Virus record (IMG/VR): IMGVR_UViG_3300045125_000140
Location: 1-64,000 of that record
Reading direction: 5' to 3' (one strand)
From: a virus
DNA: 64,000 nt
Part shown: positions 32,170 to 41,626 of the stretch, in pieces
Layout of the letters: every line of letters begins with the position of its first letter
Position numbering within the stretch: the stretch's first letter is position 1
The notes under the pieces: model-generated
What the model was told of the DNA's origin: nothing
The model's input: only the letters and a program-made list of their open reading frames with translations
The model's database searches: none
Position numbers and translations under genes: made by a program

Positions 32170-32781
32170 ATGACTCCGTTTAAGAACCGCGCCAACTGGG
32201 ATAAGGCGTTATTTGAGGTCGGAAATAATCTGAGCGATGAGGATGCTCTTATCGAGCTGCTTCGAGCTGACGCGGCCCTCGCCGCGATGATTCAACCGAT
32301 CATGGCCCGTGACGCCGATATAGCCGCTGGGCTTATCATGGCGATGGTTACCTCTGACGCCGTGTTCCAAGGGCGCATGCGGCCCCTCAGCATCGACCAG
32401 ATGATCGACCGTGAATACGAGGAGATCGAGGAAGATGAGCCGGCGCCGGAACGAGATATAATGGCGGATCTCCTGGAAGAGGAGTCTGATGAATATGCCG
32501 CCGACGCACCGCCGGTAATAGACGAGCCGGCAACGGGTGCAGGGTCCGGGAGCAGCACAGCCGATCTTAAGGCTATGCTCCGCACGCTCAGCGAAATCGG
32601 AGACATTACACCGAAGATTTCATACAATAGCGAGCTGGACCGTCTCGAGGTCAGCGTGAGCTTTGATAAAGAGGTCGACGCCAGCTTAGTGGCTACTCTT
32701 ATATCCGCCTTCTACGAAATCTCGCCCTCAACTACGATCCGCACCGATAACGGCGGAATCGTTATTTGCGCCGCCGTTTAG
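32170..32781 (+). CDS. Acidic hypothetical protein
   Basis: 203 aa; AAGGGGG RBS-like sequence upstream; inverted relative to its neighbours. Confidence 0.65.
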   Translation: MTPFKNRANWDKALFEVGNNLSDEDALIELLRADAALAAMIQPIMARDADIAAGLIMAMVTSDAVFQGRMRPLSIDQMIDREYEEIEEDEPAPERDIMADLLEEESDEYAADAPPVIDEPATGAGSGSSTADLKAMLRTLSEIGDITPKISYNSELDRLEVSVSFDKEVDASLVATLISAFYEISPSTTIRTDNGGIVICAAV

Positions 32782-33202
32782 GCTCGTCCGGCAAGAAGGG
32801 TAGCGGCGCGGGGGCCTTAGCCGGCTTCTTCGCCGCAGGCTTCGGAGGAGCCTTGGTGGCCGGCCTGCTCTCCGGTACCTTTACAGGTTCCGCGGGTCTG
32901 CTGGCCGGGGCCGATTCAACTTTTGGCTTTTTAGGCAATACTTCGGGCGCTTTAAGTTTGAACTGCTCTTCGTTATATCTCTTCAGCAGTTCAATCAGAT
33001 CGTTTCTTGAGGATGACTCTTTGAATGCGGCTATGTTAGGTGGAACTAGCGGGCCCTTCCAAGGAGCAGTGGGGCCTACGACCACAGGCACATCGTGCTG
33101 AATGCCGCCAACCAGTGCAGCCTTGTGAGCGGCTTTAATCGCAGAGTTTATTTCGGCGGCGGTCGGCTTACCCTTTACTTTGGGCTTTAGATGCGTGCTC
33201 AT
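32762..33202 (-). CDS. Pro/Lys-rich C-terminal part of the 3D-domain protein (frameshifted)
   Basis: Upstream in-frame sequence DKTYHIDQRS supplies the third Asp of the 3D motif of 33231..33638. Confidence 0.55.
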   Translation of the reverse strand: MSTHLKPKVKGKPTAAEINSAIKAAHKAALVGGIQHDVPVVVGPTAPWKGPLVPPNIAAFKESSSRNDLIELLKRYNEEQFKLKAPEVLPKKPKVESAPASRPAEPVKVPESRPATKAPPKPAAKKPAKAPAPLPFLPDEPKRRRK

Positions 33203-33230
33203 CGCGGAGCGCTGGTCGATATGATATGTC

Positions 33231-33638
33231 TTATCCCTGTTTCCAGCTTTTCTTCATTGCTCCGCCTGTGTCATCCGCCACAACCCAGCCCTTGCCCGGA
33301 ATAAATAGCCAGGATCGCTCTGGAATAGCGGAAGGATCGACAGCTGCTCCTGGCTGGCTGGCTATTCCGCCGTATGCGGTGTCACGATCGATTCCTCGCT
33401 TGGCGTGCCCCTCGCAGCATGTGGGACATGGGCAGTAATTGGTGAGCTTGGCCGAGATCGTTTTAAAGCCTTCCGGAAGCGGCTCGAGTTTCGGAATATT
33501 TAGATCTTTTATATCTTGGCCGCCCGCTCCAGCGGTAAGCGCCGCGGCTAACCCAGCGTTACGCAGAACTTCCTTAAATCCGGCTTCCTTTTGGAGCTCG
33601 TCCAGAAACGCGTCAAATACAACGGCGTGTCGGCTCAT
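33231..33638 (-). CDS. Leader-bearing 3D-domain (MltA-like) cell-wall protein
   Basis: Leader AFLDELQKEAG; then LTNYCPCPTCC, TAYG, AAVDP, VADDTGGA. Confidence 0.8.
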   Translation of the reverse strand: MSRHAVVFDAFLDELQKEAGFKEVLRNAGLAAALTAGAGGQDIKDLNIPKLEPLPEGFKTISAKLTNYCPCPTCCEGHAKRGIDRDTAYGGIASQPGAAVDPSAIPERSWLFIPGKGWVVADDTGGAMKKSWKQG

Positions 33639-34095
33639 TGCATCTGGGGGAGCCGTGAGGCGCTGTCGCTTCTGGGAATCCTCTGGACTGAGCGTCGCGC
33701 GATTTCTTTGCCATGTAGCTTGCGCCCATCGCGCGCGACGCGGAAGTGGTCGGGTCTGCCGACGGAGTAACGGCGCTCGTGCGCAACGGATTGGTCTTCG
33801 GAGGCGGAGGAGGCGGCGTCTCGTAAGACGAGGTGGACGGATTCTGCGCCGTCGGCTCCGCCGGCTTGGGCAAATTCATCCAGTCGCTCTTGCTCATAGC
33901 TATCTTCGCCATCGCGCTGACGAACACCTGCCCAAACCCGGCTGTCTTATTGTGGGTTTGGGCGAGGTATTGCGGAAGAATCGCTTTGGCGAAGCCCGAC
34001 TTCCCCATTATGGCGTCCGGCGGAACATTAGCGAACATGCCCTTGGCGATGTTCTCGGATGCGCAGGACGCTAATTTGAGGAAGGCGTTCGGCAT
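33613..34095 (-). CDS. Leader-family protein
   Basis: NAFLKLA; internal NKTAG and FVSAMAKIA. Confidence 0.6.
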   Translation of the reverse strand: MPNAFLKLASCASENIAKGMFANVPPDAIMGKSGFAKAILPQYLAQTHNKTAGFGQVFVSAMAKIAMSKSDWMNLPKPAEPTAQNPSTSSYETPPPPPPKTNPLRTSAVTPSADPTTSASRAMGASYMAKKSRDAQSRGFPEATAPHGSPRCNEPTRRCI

Positions 34096-34099
34096 TATA

Positions 34100-34516
34100 T
34101 CACTTACGGCCGAACAGGCCTTTAAGCTTGCTCATGAAACCTTGACCCTTTAAGTGTTTTAGATATTGTTCCGCAAGTTCGTTACGGCGAGCCATCTCCT
34201 CGGTAAGATTATGCTTCGATCTCGCGCCGAGAACACCACCGGTTGCTCCGCCGAGCAGTGTTGATCCTAAGCCTACCGTCTTCATCTTCTCTTCGAGAAG
34301 ATTGTTGAACATCGAGTCATGCATCGGGGAGTTAGGCATGGGGAATTTCCCCATTCCAGGAACGTCAATCGCAAGATCATCAACACCCTTTGCGGCGAGA
34401 AGAGCCGATAAGCCCGCTCCGCCAAGGCCGCCTAAAAGAAGGCCCTTAAGTGTTCCTGATCCAGCACCGGCGATTTTTTCAAGTTCAGTAAAGAAACCAA
34501 GTTCAAATGAGTTCAT
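34100..34516 (-). CDS. Leader-family protein with Gly-zipper segments
   Basis: MNSFELGFFTELEKIAG; GGLGGAG and GGATGGVLG. Confidence 0.75.
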   Translation of the reverse strand: MNSFELGFFTELEKIAGAGSGTLKGLLLGGLGGAGLSALLAAKGVDDLAIDVPGMGKFPMPNSPMHDSMFNNLLEEKMKTVGLGSTLLGGATGGVLGARSKHNLTEEMARRNELAEQYLKHLKGQGFMSKLKGLFGRK

Positions 34517-34599
34517 GTGATATCACTTTCCTGAGAGAAGCGCTTTGAGCTTGTCTTTGAGTTCCACACGTATCTATTATAGGATTTTTGGTAGTCGTA

Positions 34600-35238
34600 T
34601 CACCGGTCACGTACATCAAGTTGGTATGTTCCAAATACAGAGGGAAACATAGCTCCTCCGAGGGCCGCAGGAACACCTAACGCGAGAGCGTTAGATAAAC
34701 GCTGTCTGGCGCCGCCGTTACCGATCGGGGCAGACGCGCCGAGTGCTGCGCCAAGGAGGCCGGTTATTGCAGCGGCCTTCCGCCGGCTAAACTTCGGCTC
34801 TAGCGCTTCATTGTATAAGTCCTTATTTAGACGGGTTGCGGCGGTTATTGCAGGCCCGACTGCCCCGCCTAAAAATTGCCCATAGAGTTGGGCCTTCCTG
34901 CTCTTACCCAGAGTGGCACCGAGGTGACTGCCGGCGAGCTGTCCGGCGGTTGAGAGACCAAGATCTAGTAGTAAGTGCTTATTCGTATAAGGTTCCTTGT
35001 CAACTTCGGGAGGAGAGTCAAAAACTACGAGCTCATGGTCATTTGTTCCCGGTATCGGCCTACGCATCGTACGTACTCTCGGATTATCTTCGAAATAGTC
35101 GGGCAAAAATTCTTTCGGTCCACGCCACCGTGTGTTGCCCAGCATGTCGTATGTCACCACCATCGGCTCGACGGGGCTTGCGGATGCCGACGCAACCTTA
35201 ATAAGTTCGTCAAAGAAGCCGAGTTCGAAGCTGTTCAT
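34600..35238 (-). CDS. Leader-family protein with Gly/Ala-zipper C-terminus
   Basis: MNSFELGFFDELIKVA; C-terminal half paralogous to 35235..36005. Confidence 0.75.
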   Translation of the reverse strand: MNSFELGFFDELIKVASASASPVEPMVVTYDMLGNTRWRGPKEFLPDYFEDNPRVRTMRRPIPGTNDHELVVFDSPPEVDKEPYTNKHLLLDLGLSTAGQLAGSHLGATLGKSRKAQLYGQFLGGAVGPAITAATRLNKDLYNEALEPKFSRRKAAAITGLLGAALGASAPIGNGGARQRLSNALALGVPAALGGAMFPSVFGTYQLDVRDR

Positions 35239-36005
35239 ATCAGGCTTTCGTTGTTCCGAAGCAAGGCGGGCGACCCAGCACCAAAAGCGGCCGCCGGAAT
35301 ACCGAGCGAGAGAGCTGCGGCTAGGCGATGTCTGGCGCTACCGTCTCCCATCGGAGCAGCTGCGCCAAGCGCCGCACCAATGAGCCCGGTTATTGCACCG
35401 GCCTTTGCCCGGCTAAACTTCGCCTTTTTGCCCTGCTCTTTTAGCTTCTTATTGGAACGGATTGCCGCATTTATTGCCGGCCCGACTGTCGCGCCTACAA
35501 ATTTGCCCAAGTCTTCGTGATCCTCGTGTCCACCCATAACGCGGGCGAGGCGTTTTCCGGCAAAGCCGCCGCCGAGGCCGAGCGCGATATCAATTAGATC
35601 GTCTTTAATCGTTTCAGGTGCGCCAGTAGGAGTCGAGAGAATGTTGTCGACAGTCTTCTTTAATCCGCCCGATTCAGCGGACTTGCTCATATCGCCGCCT
35701 TGATTACGCGCATCTCTAATGGCCTTAACCTTGGCGTATCTCTTGGCGCGGTCCATTACGGCAACATCATCGGCTGTGGGCGCTTTGGATCTGGCCTCTC
35801 TTGTCGGATCTTTGCTTACCGGTCCGCCACCAGGAGCTCGCTGATCTTGTTGGCTGTCGCGGTGAGCCATCGCGCCAAGATCCGCTTTGCCGCGCTTACC
35901 TAAAACGGGTTCCATTTTTGGGTCGCGGTATAACTCGTAGAGCTCTTTGCTGCTTGTTGCGATTTTTTGCAGCTCGTCAAAGAAACCAAATTCAAAATGG
36001 TTCAT
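35235..36005 (-). CDS. Leader-family protein with Gly/Ala-zipper C-terminus
   Basis: MNHFEFGFFDELQKIA; internal MSKSA; KFSRAKAGAITGLIGAALG. Confidence 0.75.
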   Translation of the reverse strand: MNHFEFGFFDELQKIATSSKELYELYRDPKMEPVLGKRGKADLGAMAHRDSQQDQRAPGGGPVSKDPTREARSKAPTADDVAVMDRAKRYAKVKAIRDARNQGGDMSKSAESGGLKKTVDNILSTPTGAPETIKDDLIDIALGLGGGFAGKRLARVMGGHEDHEDLGKFVGATVGPAINAAIRSNKKLKEQGKKAKFSRAKAGAITGLIGAALGAAAPMGDGSARHRLAAALSLGIPAAAFGAGSPALLRNNESLI

Positions 36006-36013
36006 GGCAGATC

Positions 36014-36403
36014 CTATGAGGTTTTATAAGCGGCCAACGTGCTGTTCGGTACGGTGTGATAAAGAGGTCCTTCGAGGCCGTAGGCTTTCATGCCTAGCTT
36101 GCGACGTTCCGGGAAGGTCAGCGAGGGAGCGAAGTAGTCCGTGATACGGCTCATGCCTCGTGATTGGTAACCCCTCGATTTTCGGTCCGCCTCTCTAAAT
36201 TGACTCATATTATGAATCAAGGCGCCAGTTTCAGCTCGGCTCCGTTTACCGAAGCCGCGCGTCGCCCTGTCCGGAATCATTTCATCAAATAAGCCCGAAT
36301 GCCGAGGGGACGGATAGCGCTGGCGCAGCTGATCCAGGCTCGGATCTACCGCGTCAGCAATTTTCTCTAATTCGTCGAAGAATCCGAATTCAAAGTGATT
36401 CAT
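36014..36403 (-). CDS. Leader-family basic protein
   Basis: MNHFEFGFFDELEKIA. Confidence 0.75.
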   Translation of the reverse strand: MNHFEFGFFDELEKIADAVDPSLDQLRQRYPSPRHSGLFDEMIPDRATRGFGKRSRAETGALIHNMSQFREADRKSRGYQSRGMSRITDYFAPSLTFPERRKLGMKAYGLEGPLYHTVPNSTLAAYKTS

Positions 36404-36412
36404 GGCTTATCC

Positions 36413-36858
36413 TTAATTACTGCCTTTAACGGCACGATCTTTAAGAGCTTTGTATCCCATGGGGGACACTTGTTCGAGTGGGTCATTTCCTATAACTGGG
36501 CTCAGGGATACGCGCGTTAGCCCGAACGAGTCTTTTTAAAGTGGATAGATGCTTCAGTCCTCGCGCTATCTTACCCCCGCCAAAGCTCCCATAAAACCGG
36601 TGGCCGGAGAAGCGATCGACGCAGCTGCGGAATGGCCTCCTTTAGCTGCGTCGTAAACGAGCGGAGCTGCGGCGCCGATTATGCTGCCTGCTACTCGACC
36701 GTCTTGGTCGGCCGTGTCGAGATCCTGAGCGTGATGGCGGCTGGTTCCTTCACTCGGAAATCCGTAAGGAATTTTTTCTTTGGGAAGCTCAAAGTTCCGT
36801 CTTCCACGGTAGCCAGCTTTTCTAGCTCGCTGAAGAAGCCGAGTTCAAAGGCATTCAT
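36413..36858 (-). CDS. Leader-family protein missed by the ORF track (frameshifted)
   Basis: ATG at 36858 reads MNAFELGFFSELEKLATVEDG (first frame stops at 36691). Other frames continue with AGSIIGAAAP...GFMGALAG and end MGYKALKDRAVKGSN* at 36413. Confidence 0.6.
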
Positions 36859-37562
36859 TGAGCGCCGCCCTGCGGTTGTGGATACGGGATGGGATTAGGC
36901 GCGCCTTCTAATCCGAAGGGTTTGTAGAGCTGCTTCCGTTGTCCCGCATCATTAACGTAGGTGCGCCGGGAAAGATCACGCGGATTCATCCGATCGGACT
37001 GATCAAAAACTGTGTCGAGGCGACTTACCTTCTTTTCGCGCTGCTCTCTGTTTGCAACTTGGCGAGGCTGCCCGTCCTGGTCAACGTTTTCGCCGAGCTG
37101 CGTTACGCCTGGGATCGGAATAGTGGTATTAAAGAGACTCCGTCGTGCATTATCTTTACTGAATCTTGGATCCGACGGGTTTTCCGAAGACAGGCGACTA
37201 GCTGTGCCTCTTGCGAATTGAGTCAAGCCGGTCGCTCTGGCGCCAATATCTGCACGGCTCGCGTTTGGATACATCCTTCTATACCCAGCCATTCTTTCGG
37301 CCACTGCATCTCTGTCTGTGGCAGTCTTATTTATCACGGTCGTTTTGAGTTTGTTTGAGACGCCAGGGCCTAAATTTGGCCCCTCAGTCACCTTCGGTTT
37401 CGGAGGTATGAAGTCATTCTTAGTACCGCCATACGGACGGCCGGCCATGGGCATACTGGAACGCAGACGGCCGACCTCGAGCATAACGGGGTGAGGATCG
37501 TCGGACGAACTGGCTGCTATTTTAGCCAGCTCATCAAAGAAACCGTATTCAAAGTGATTCAT
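36855..37562 (-). CDS. Leader-family basic protein
   Basis: MNHFEYGFFDELAKIAA; internal NKTA; the GLEG tail is shared with 36014..36403. Confidence 0.75.
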   Translation of the reverse strand: MNHFEYGFFDELAKIAASSSDDPHPVMLEVGRLRSSMPMAGRPYGGTKNDFIPPKPKVTEGPNLGPGVSNKLKTTVINKTATDRDAVAERMAGYRRMYPNASRADIGARATGLTQFARGTASRLSSENPSDPRFSKDNARRSLFNTTIPIPGVTQLGENVDQDGQPRQVANREQREKKVSRLDTVFDQSDRMNPRDLSRRTYVNDAGQRKQLYKPFGLEGAPNPIPYPQPQGGAQ

Positions 37563-37963
37563 ATTATAAATTCCACTGCATCGCCGGCGGCGGTTATAAG
37601 GTCGATATATATCTTCCAGCGGCCGACGCCCATTTGTTGTACTTCTCTTAAATAGGCGGCCTGGAGTCTTTCCGAACTACGCATTGTTTGGGAAGACTGG
37701 CGGCCCAGAATCCGCTGAGTAGCTATATCCAACGCCTCCGCGACGATCGCTTCTGCAGATGATTGGTCTACTGCGTTGGCTCCGTCGAGATTTTGAAGGA
37801 GGCCGGTTCCTCTGTCGAATCCGGGCAAAATCGCGGAGGAGAACTCAGCGGCGAATTCTTGAACTAATTGAGCTGTGCCGCTGACCGTGGCACAGGGATA
37901 AAATAGACCGAATTTAAGCTCGTCATCCGAGGCTTTGGATTGTATAAGCTTTAGGTCGGTCAT
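37559..37963 (-). CDS. Baseplate wedge gp25/GPW-like protein
   Basis: 134 aa; SGTAQLVQ...G.G.L...SERL...IYIDLIT pattern, size and context. Confidence 0.5.
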   Translation of the reverse strand: MTDLKLIQSKASDDELKFGLFYPCATVSGTAQLVQEFAAEFSSAILPGFDRGTGLLQNLDGANAVDQSSAEAIVAEALDIATQRILGRQSSQTMRSSERLQAAYLREVQQMGVGRWKIYIDLITAAGDAVEFII

Positions 37964-37972
37964 TTTACCTTA

Positions 37973-38014
37973 TTAAAAATGCGGGGGATCTTTTGGACCT
38001 CCCCGCATTTTTAA
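37973..38014. terminator. Intrinsic (bidirectional-type) terminator
   Basis: TTAAAAATGCGGGG...CCCCGCATTTTTAA perfect 14-bp inverted repeat. Confidence 0.75.
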
Positions 38015-38080
38015 CACTTAGGCTACGCTGATCAGCCGCCCATGTTCTTGATCGAGTCAAGGAGGTTGCCGCCCTTACCC

Positions 38081-38542
38081 TTAACGTTTTCGAAAACCTC
38101 TTCGGCCTTCTTCATGGCTTCCGAGCCCTGCGCCTTGATCTTCGAGAGGATCTCTTCGAGCTGGTTCGTGGTGCTTGGCACCGGCAACTGCGCTGCCGCC
38201 CATCAACGCGGCGATGCCGCCGGCTTTGGCCGCCTTTTCACCAGCCGAGGACTTGCGCTCGCCGCCGAGAGCGGAGAGGAGCTTACCACGGGCGCCTTCC
38301 TTTGCATCGTCAGCCTTTTCCTTGGCCTTGCCGAGCATGCCCATCAACTTGGCCTTGAGGCCGCCCATTCCGGCTTCCTTTGTTTGGCCGTAGGCTTCAG
38401 CGAGCTTAACGATCGCGGAGCCGTCGAATCCGGTTTCGGCCTCGTCGCGGCCATAAGTTTCCGCGAGCTTGAGCAACGCGGTGCCATCAACTTCGGGCTC
38501 TTGGTTGCCCGCCAACTTCTCAAGCAAAGAGTATCTTGCCAT
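38081..38542 (-). CDS. Leader-family protein with tandem KLA repeats (frameshifted; true end probably 38031)
   Basis: LLEKLAG, DGTALLKLAE, DGSAIVKLAE, TKEAG; another frame ends ...GGNLLDSIKNMGG*. Confidence 0.6.
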   Translation of the reverse strand: MARYSLLEKLAGNQEPEVDGTALLKLAETYGRDEAETGFDGSAIVKLAEAYGQTKEAGMGGLKAKLMGMLGKAKEKADDAKEGARGKLLSALGGERKSSAGEKAAKAGGIAALMGGSAVAGAKHHEPARRDPLEDQGAGLGSHEEGRRGFRKR

Positions 38543-38653
38543 GATTGTCCTTACTAAACGCCGCAGGTGGGCGGCCTCTTGTTTATGCGTGCCTAAAAGA
38601 GCCCGCTATATGAGTATAGCCATAAGACATTCTATTTCATCTTCATACTGTAT

Positions 38654-40759
38654 TTGATGGCTACCGAAGAACCGCGCGGCACGGGAAATACCCAGGTCAA
38701 CTTACCTCCAGGCTTTAGTTCAGCGACACAGGCGCCAAGCAGCTCTATTCCTGGGGTGCCGGGCAGCGGCGGCCAAGCCGCTATTAGCACCGACACGTCC
38801 CGAAGCGCCACTCTCCAGGAGATCGACGAAAAAGTTCGTCAAATGATTACGGAGCGTGCGGAGAAGTTAGACGTAGAGCTGCGGCTCAAAGAGTACGATC
38901 GGGCACGCCTAAATAACGAAAGCAAGTTCTGGGATCTTTTTGTAGCCGAGCCGGTAAATCAGGCGATAGAGGAATTTGCTGACGAGTTCGGAGAAGACGA
39001 CGAGTCTATAAGCAACGCCGCCACTAAAACAAAGGCAAAGCTGTCGAGCCTTTTAGATGTGGAATCGACTTGGGAAAACTTCGATACGAAATACGGAAAG
39101 CTGAAAAGCTCCGACGACTTTACCAACCTCGAGAAGTTATTCAGCAATCCGGAAACAGAGAACTATATAATCGAGCAGTATGTAAGTCCATATGCTCGAA
39201 GCGCTCTGGATAAGGACAAGTGCGAAAATACGGTAGTCGGCGCGTCGATCGGGGTGGTATCTAAAACTTTAGCGGGCGCAGTCCGAAATCAGGTTCGAGG
39301 CGTATACGCGCTAAATGCGTCCTTGGCTCTGCTTATTAACCAGGTGGAGGGTCTGGGGTCGGCGTTCATGCAGATGCCGGTTCAAAACCTTATATCAATT
39401 CTGGTGTCTCGGGACCTTATAATCGACCGGATAATAAAAGTTTCGGAAGCAATTGCGTCTATTTCCAGAGATATGTCGGACAGGGATTATCCGTTCGACC
39501 ACCCATACTGGCTCCGCGAGGAGCAGCGCCGACTTAAAAACGCCGAGGACAAGCTTTCCAGAGTTCAGGCGATTTTGGAGGGCGGCGGTAAGTTTAATAC
39601 CGGTTTATGGACCAGCGCCAAGCGGGACATCGATGAAGCGGCCGACGCGCTGTGCGGCACGAATATCGATCAGCTGCTCAGCGGCCTCAGCCTTCGGCCC
39701 ATCGCGCTAGCCGGTCTGTCCGCATACCTGCAATCGTTGGTGTCGGTGCTTCAGCGTCAGCAACAGATTCGCAACCTTCTTATAAATTCAATCGTGTCGT
39801 TCAACAGCCGGTTCTTCCAGCTGACGCGATTCGACAATCTCTTCGTTCCGATTGTGCAGGCTATTCGGTGCCGCCTTACGAAGATAAACGATCAGATAGA
39901 CGTGGCGATTAAAAAGAACCAGTTCTTCTACTACCTGATAAAGGAGAAGGAGTGGTGCTTATACCTTAAAGCGCTTTCGGCCCTCATGTCCGCGAGCGTC
40001 AAGTTTAATCTACCCGAAAACGTTAATAAGTTCCTGGGCACGGAGATTCTTCAAAACGCAGCCAACAGCGTCGTAAGCACGTTGAACGAGGCTGCCGTCG
40101 AAAGCATCGACGCCTCTGCCCGAACACTCATCCGCCTGTGCAACGAGTTAATTCTGGTCGCCAAGAAGAAGGCGACGTACAACATCAGCCCGAACTATTT
40201 AACCAGCCTCGCCACCTCGATTAAGGTGGAGGGTGAGCGGCTGAAGTCAGTAGACGATCCAGTTAGTAAGGTTCTGAATATATTCAGCGGCCTTATTCCA
40301 ACGCAGGCGTTCGAGGCGGTTCTTATCGTAAACCAGCTGATGAGCTTTGCGAAGGACCGAAACCTGGATAAGTTCGTTGACGCTATTCAGGCCGGTAATC
40401 TCGACGACGCGTTTGGCGTCAGTGGCCTGATTGCCACTATTGATCAAACAGTTACTTTCGGAATATCAAACTACATAGCCGGAAACATTGCCGGAGGTGG
40501 CCTATTCGGTGAGCCGCTGCGCGAGGCTATTGCCGTTAGAAATTTATCTGTGTCAAGAGCACGGGCACAGGCGGCAAAACAGCGGGTACGCAATTACTCA
40601 GATCAGGGAATAACCGAGGCATTTGATCAGGTTCAAAAGCTGAAGGACGCCAGACGGTCTATGGGCGTTGTTCTGCAAAACGAGGACGTAAGCACGCCCC
40701 CACAAACTATCTCACCTAAGCTCATCGACGCTCAAATAATCCCGCATATTGCGGCATAA
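38654..40759 (+). CDS. Large alpha-helical hypothetical protein
   Basis: 701-aa uninterrupted ORF (ATG probably at 38657); helical/coiled-coil composition. Confidence 0.7.
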   Translation: MMATEEPRGTGNTQVNLPPGFSSATQAPSSSIPGVPGSGGQAAISTDTSRSATLQEIDEKVRQMITERAEKLDVELRLKEYDRARLNNESKFWDLFVAEPVNQAIEEFADEFGEDDESISNAATKTKAKLSSLLDVESTWENFDTKYGKLKSSDDFTNLEKLFSNPETENYIIEQYVSPYARSALDKDKCENTVVGASIGVVSKTLAGAVRNQVRGVYALNASLALLINQVEGLGSAFMQMPVQNLISILVSRDLIIDRIIKVSEAIASISRDMSDRDYPFDHPYWLREEQRRLKNAEDKLSRVQAILEGGGKFNTGLWTSAKRDIDEAADALCGTNIDQLLSGLSLRPIALAGLSAYLQSLVSVLQRQQQIRNLLINSIVSFNSRFFQLTRFDNLFVPIVQAIRCRLTKINDQIDVAIKKNQFFYYLIKEKEWCLYLKALSALMSASVKFNLPENVNKFLGTEILQNAANSVVSTLNEAAVESIDASARTLIRLCNELILVAKKKATYNISPNYLTSLATSIKVEGERLKSVDDPVSKVLNIFSGLIPTQAFEAVLIVNQLMSFAKDRNLDKFVDAIQAGNLDDAFGVSGLIATIDQTVTFGISNYIAGNIAGGGLFGEPLREAIAVRNLSVSRARAQAAKQRVRNYSDQGITEAFDQVQKLKDARRSMGVVLQNEDVSTPPQTISPKLIDAQIIPHIAA

Positions 40760-40768
40760 GAATAATAG
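40733..40768 (+). promoter_or_regulatory. Phage promoter copy 1 (CAAA-N18-CATAAGAATAATAG)
   Basis: Bipartite motif with fixed spacing, found 7 times upstream of plus-strand units. Confidence 0.75.
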
Positions 40769-40854
40769 TGGCTGCTTTTGGCGTCAGAGCCACTCTGTCC
40801 GGGCAGACTCCCGGTGAAGTCTTTCTGGCCTAGCTAGCCAGAAGGGAGGCTGCG

Positions 40855-41472
40855 ATGGGATTCCGCATCGTAGTCAGTGTTGTGGAGGAGGGCCTCGTGC
40901 ACGAGGGTCGAGTGATCGACCCCGCCACGGGGCCGGTGGTGTTAGACCCGAAGCGCGGTGTTCGGGTCTTGGTCGCAGCGCGCCCAGGTAACAAGCCGGG
41001 GCAGACGCTGCTTCAACTCCTTGTTCGCGTGGGCGCGGACAAGGAGTACGTCGTTCCAGCCCACATTCCGGGAGAGTACGCGCTGCTTCCGGAATTCGGT
41101 CACAGGGTAAAACATGCGACCGAGGTTAAGGATCCGTTGGAGCGGGTCCTCCGCGAGGAGGGGATTCCCCTTGCGGCCGCGTCCTTCTACCACGACCCCA
41201 CGGTTGCGGTAGAAGTCGAGATCGCCACGGAGACGTCCGCGGCGGTTAAGCCCTGGAATTTCACCAAGGCGCAGACGGCTGTCCTGAATAAGGGCGGCCG
41301 TGTGTCTTTCGGGCCGTGGACCGAGCTCGGGCCCGGGCTCGGTCGGGCCCGGAAGGCAACATTCACCCCCTCCTCCAAGGGGGTGGTGATCATCCTCAGC
41401 GACGTTCGGGTGGGCCGCCACCCCGGCGTCGCCGAGCGCAGGATCGAAAGATCCTTATCGGCAGGGGCGTGA
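40855..41472 (+). CDS. Hypothetical protein (cassette 1)
   Basis: GGGAGG RBS; lies between promoter and terminator. Confidence 0.65.
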   Translation: MGFRIVVSVVEEGLVHEGRVIDPATGPVVLDPKRGVRVLVAARPGNKPGQTLLQLLVRVGADKEYVVPAHIPGEYALLPEFGHRVKHATEVKDPLERVLREEGIPLAAASFYHDPTVAVEVEIATETSAAVKPWNFTKAQTAVLNKGGRVSFGPWTELGPGLGRARKATFTPSSKGVVIILSDVRVGRHPGVAERRIERSLSAGA

Positions 41473-41573
41473 CGCCTGCCGAACTCAAGGCCGCGCTCGC
41501 GGCCGCGAAGCAGGAGCGCCTGGACGTGATCCAGGCTTCTTCTGTGTCCGCGGCTGCGGCACAGGCCTGAAAA

Positions 41574-41626
41574 AGGGTGGGGTACAGGGGGCAGTGCGGC
41601 CCCTGTACCCAACCCACCCTATTTTT
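41574..41626 (+). terminator. Intrinsic terminator
   Basis: GGGTGG-GGTACAGGGG/CCCCTGTACC-CCACCC long stem followed by a T-tract. Confidence 0.7.

Noticed and set aside
5648-33240. Stop-codon reassignment explaining split genes
   Set aside because: Split parts lie in different frames, and TAA, TAG and TGA all end genes normally.
38594-38629. Eighth promoter copy (CATAAGAC at 38621)
   Set aside because: No CAAA at the fixed -22 position and the downstream AATAG is missing.
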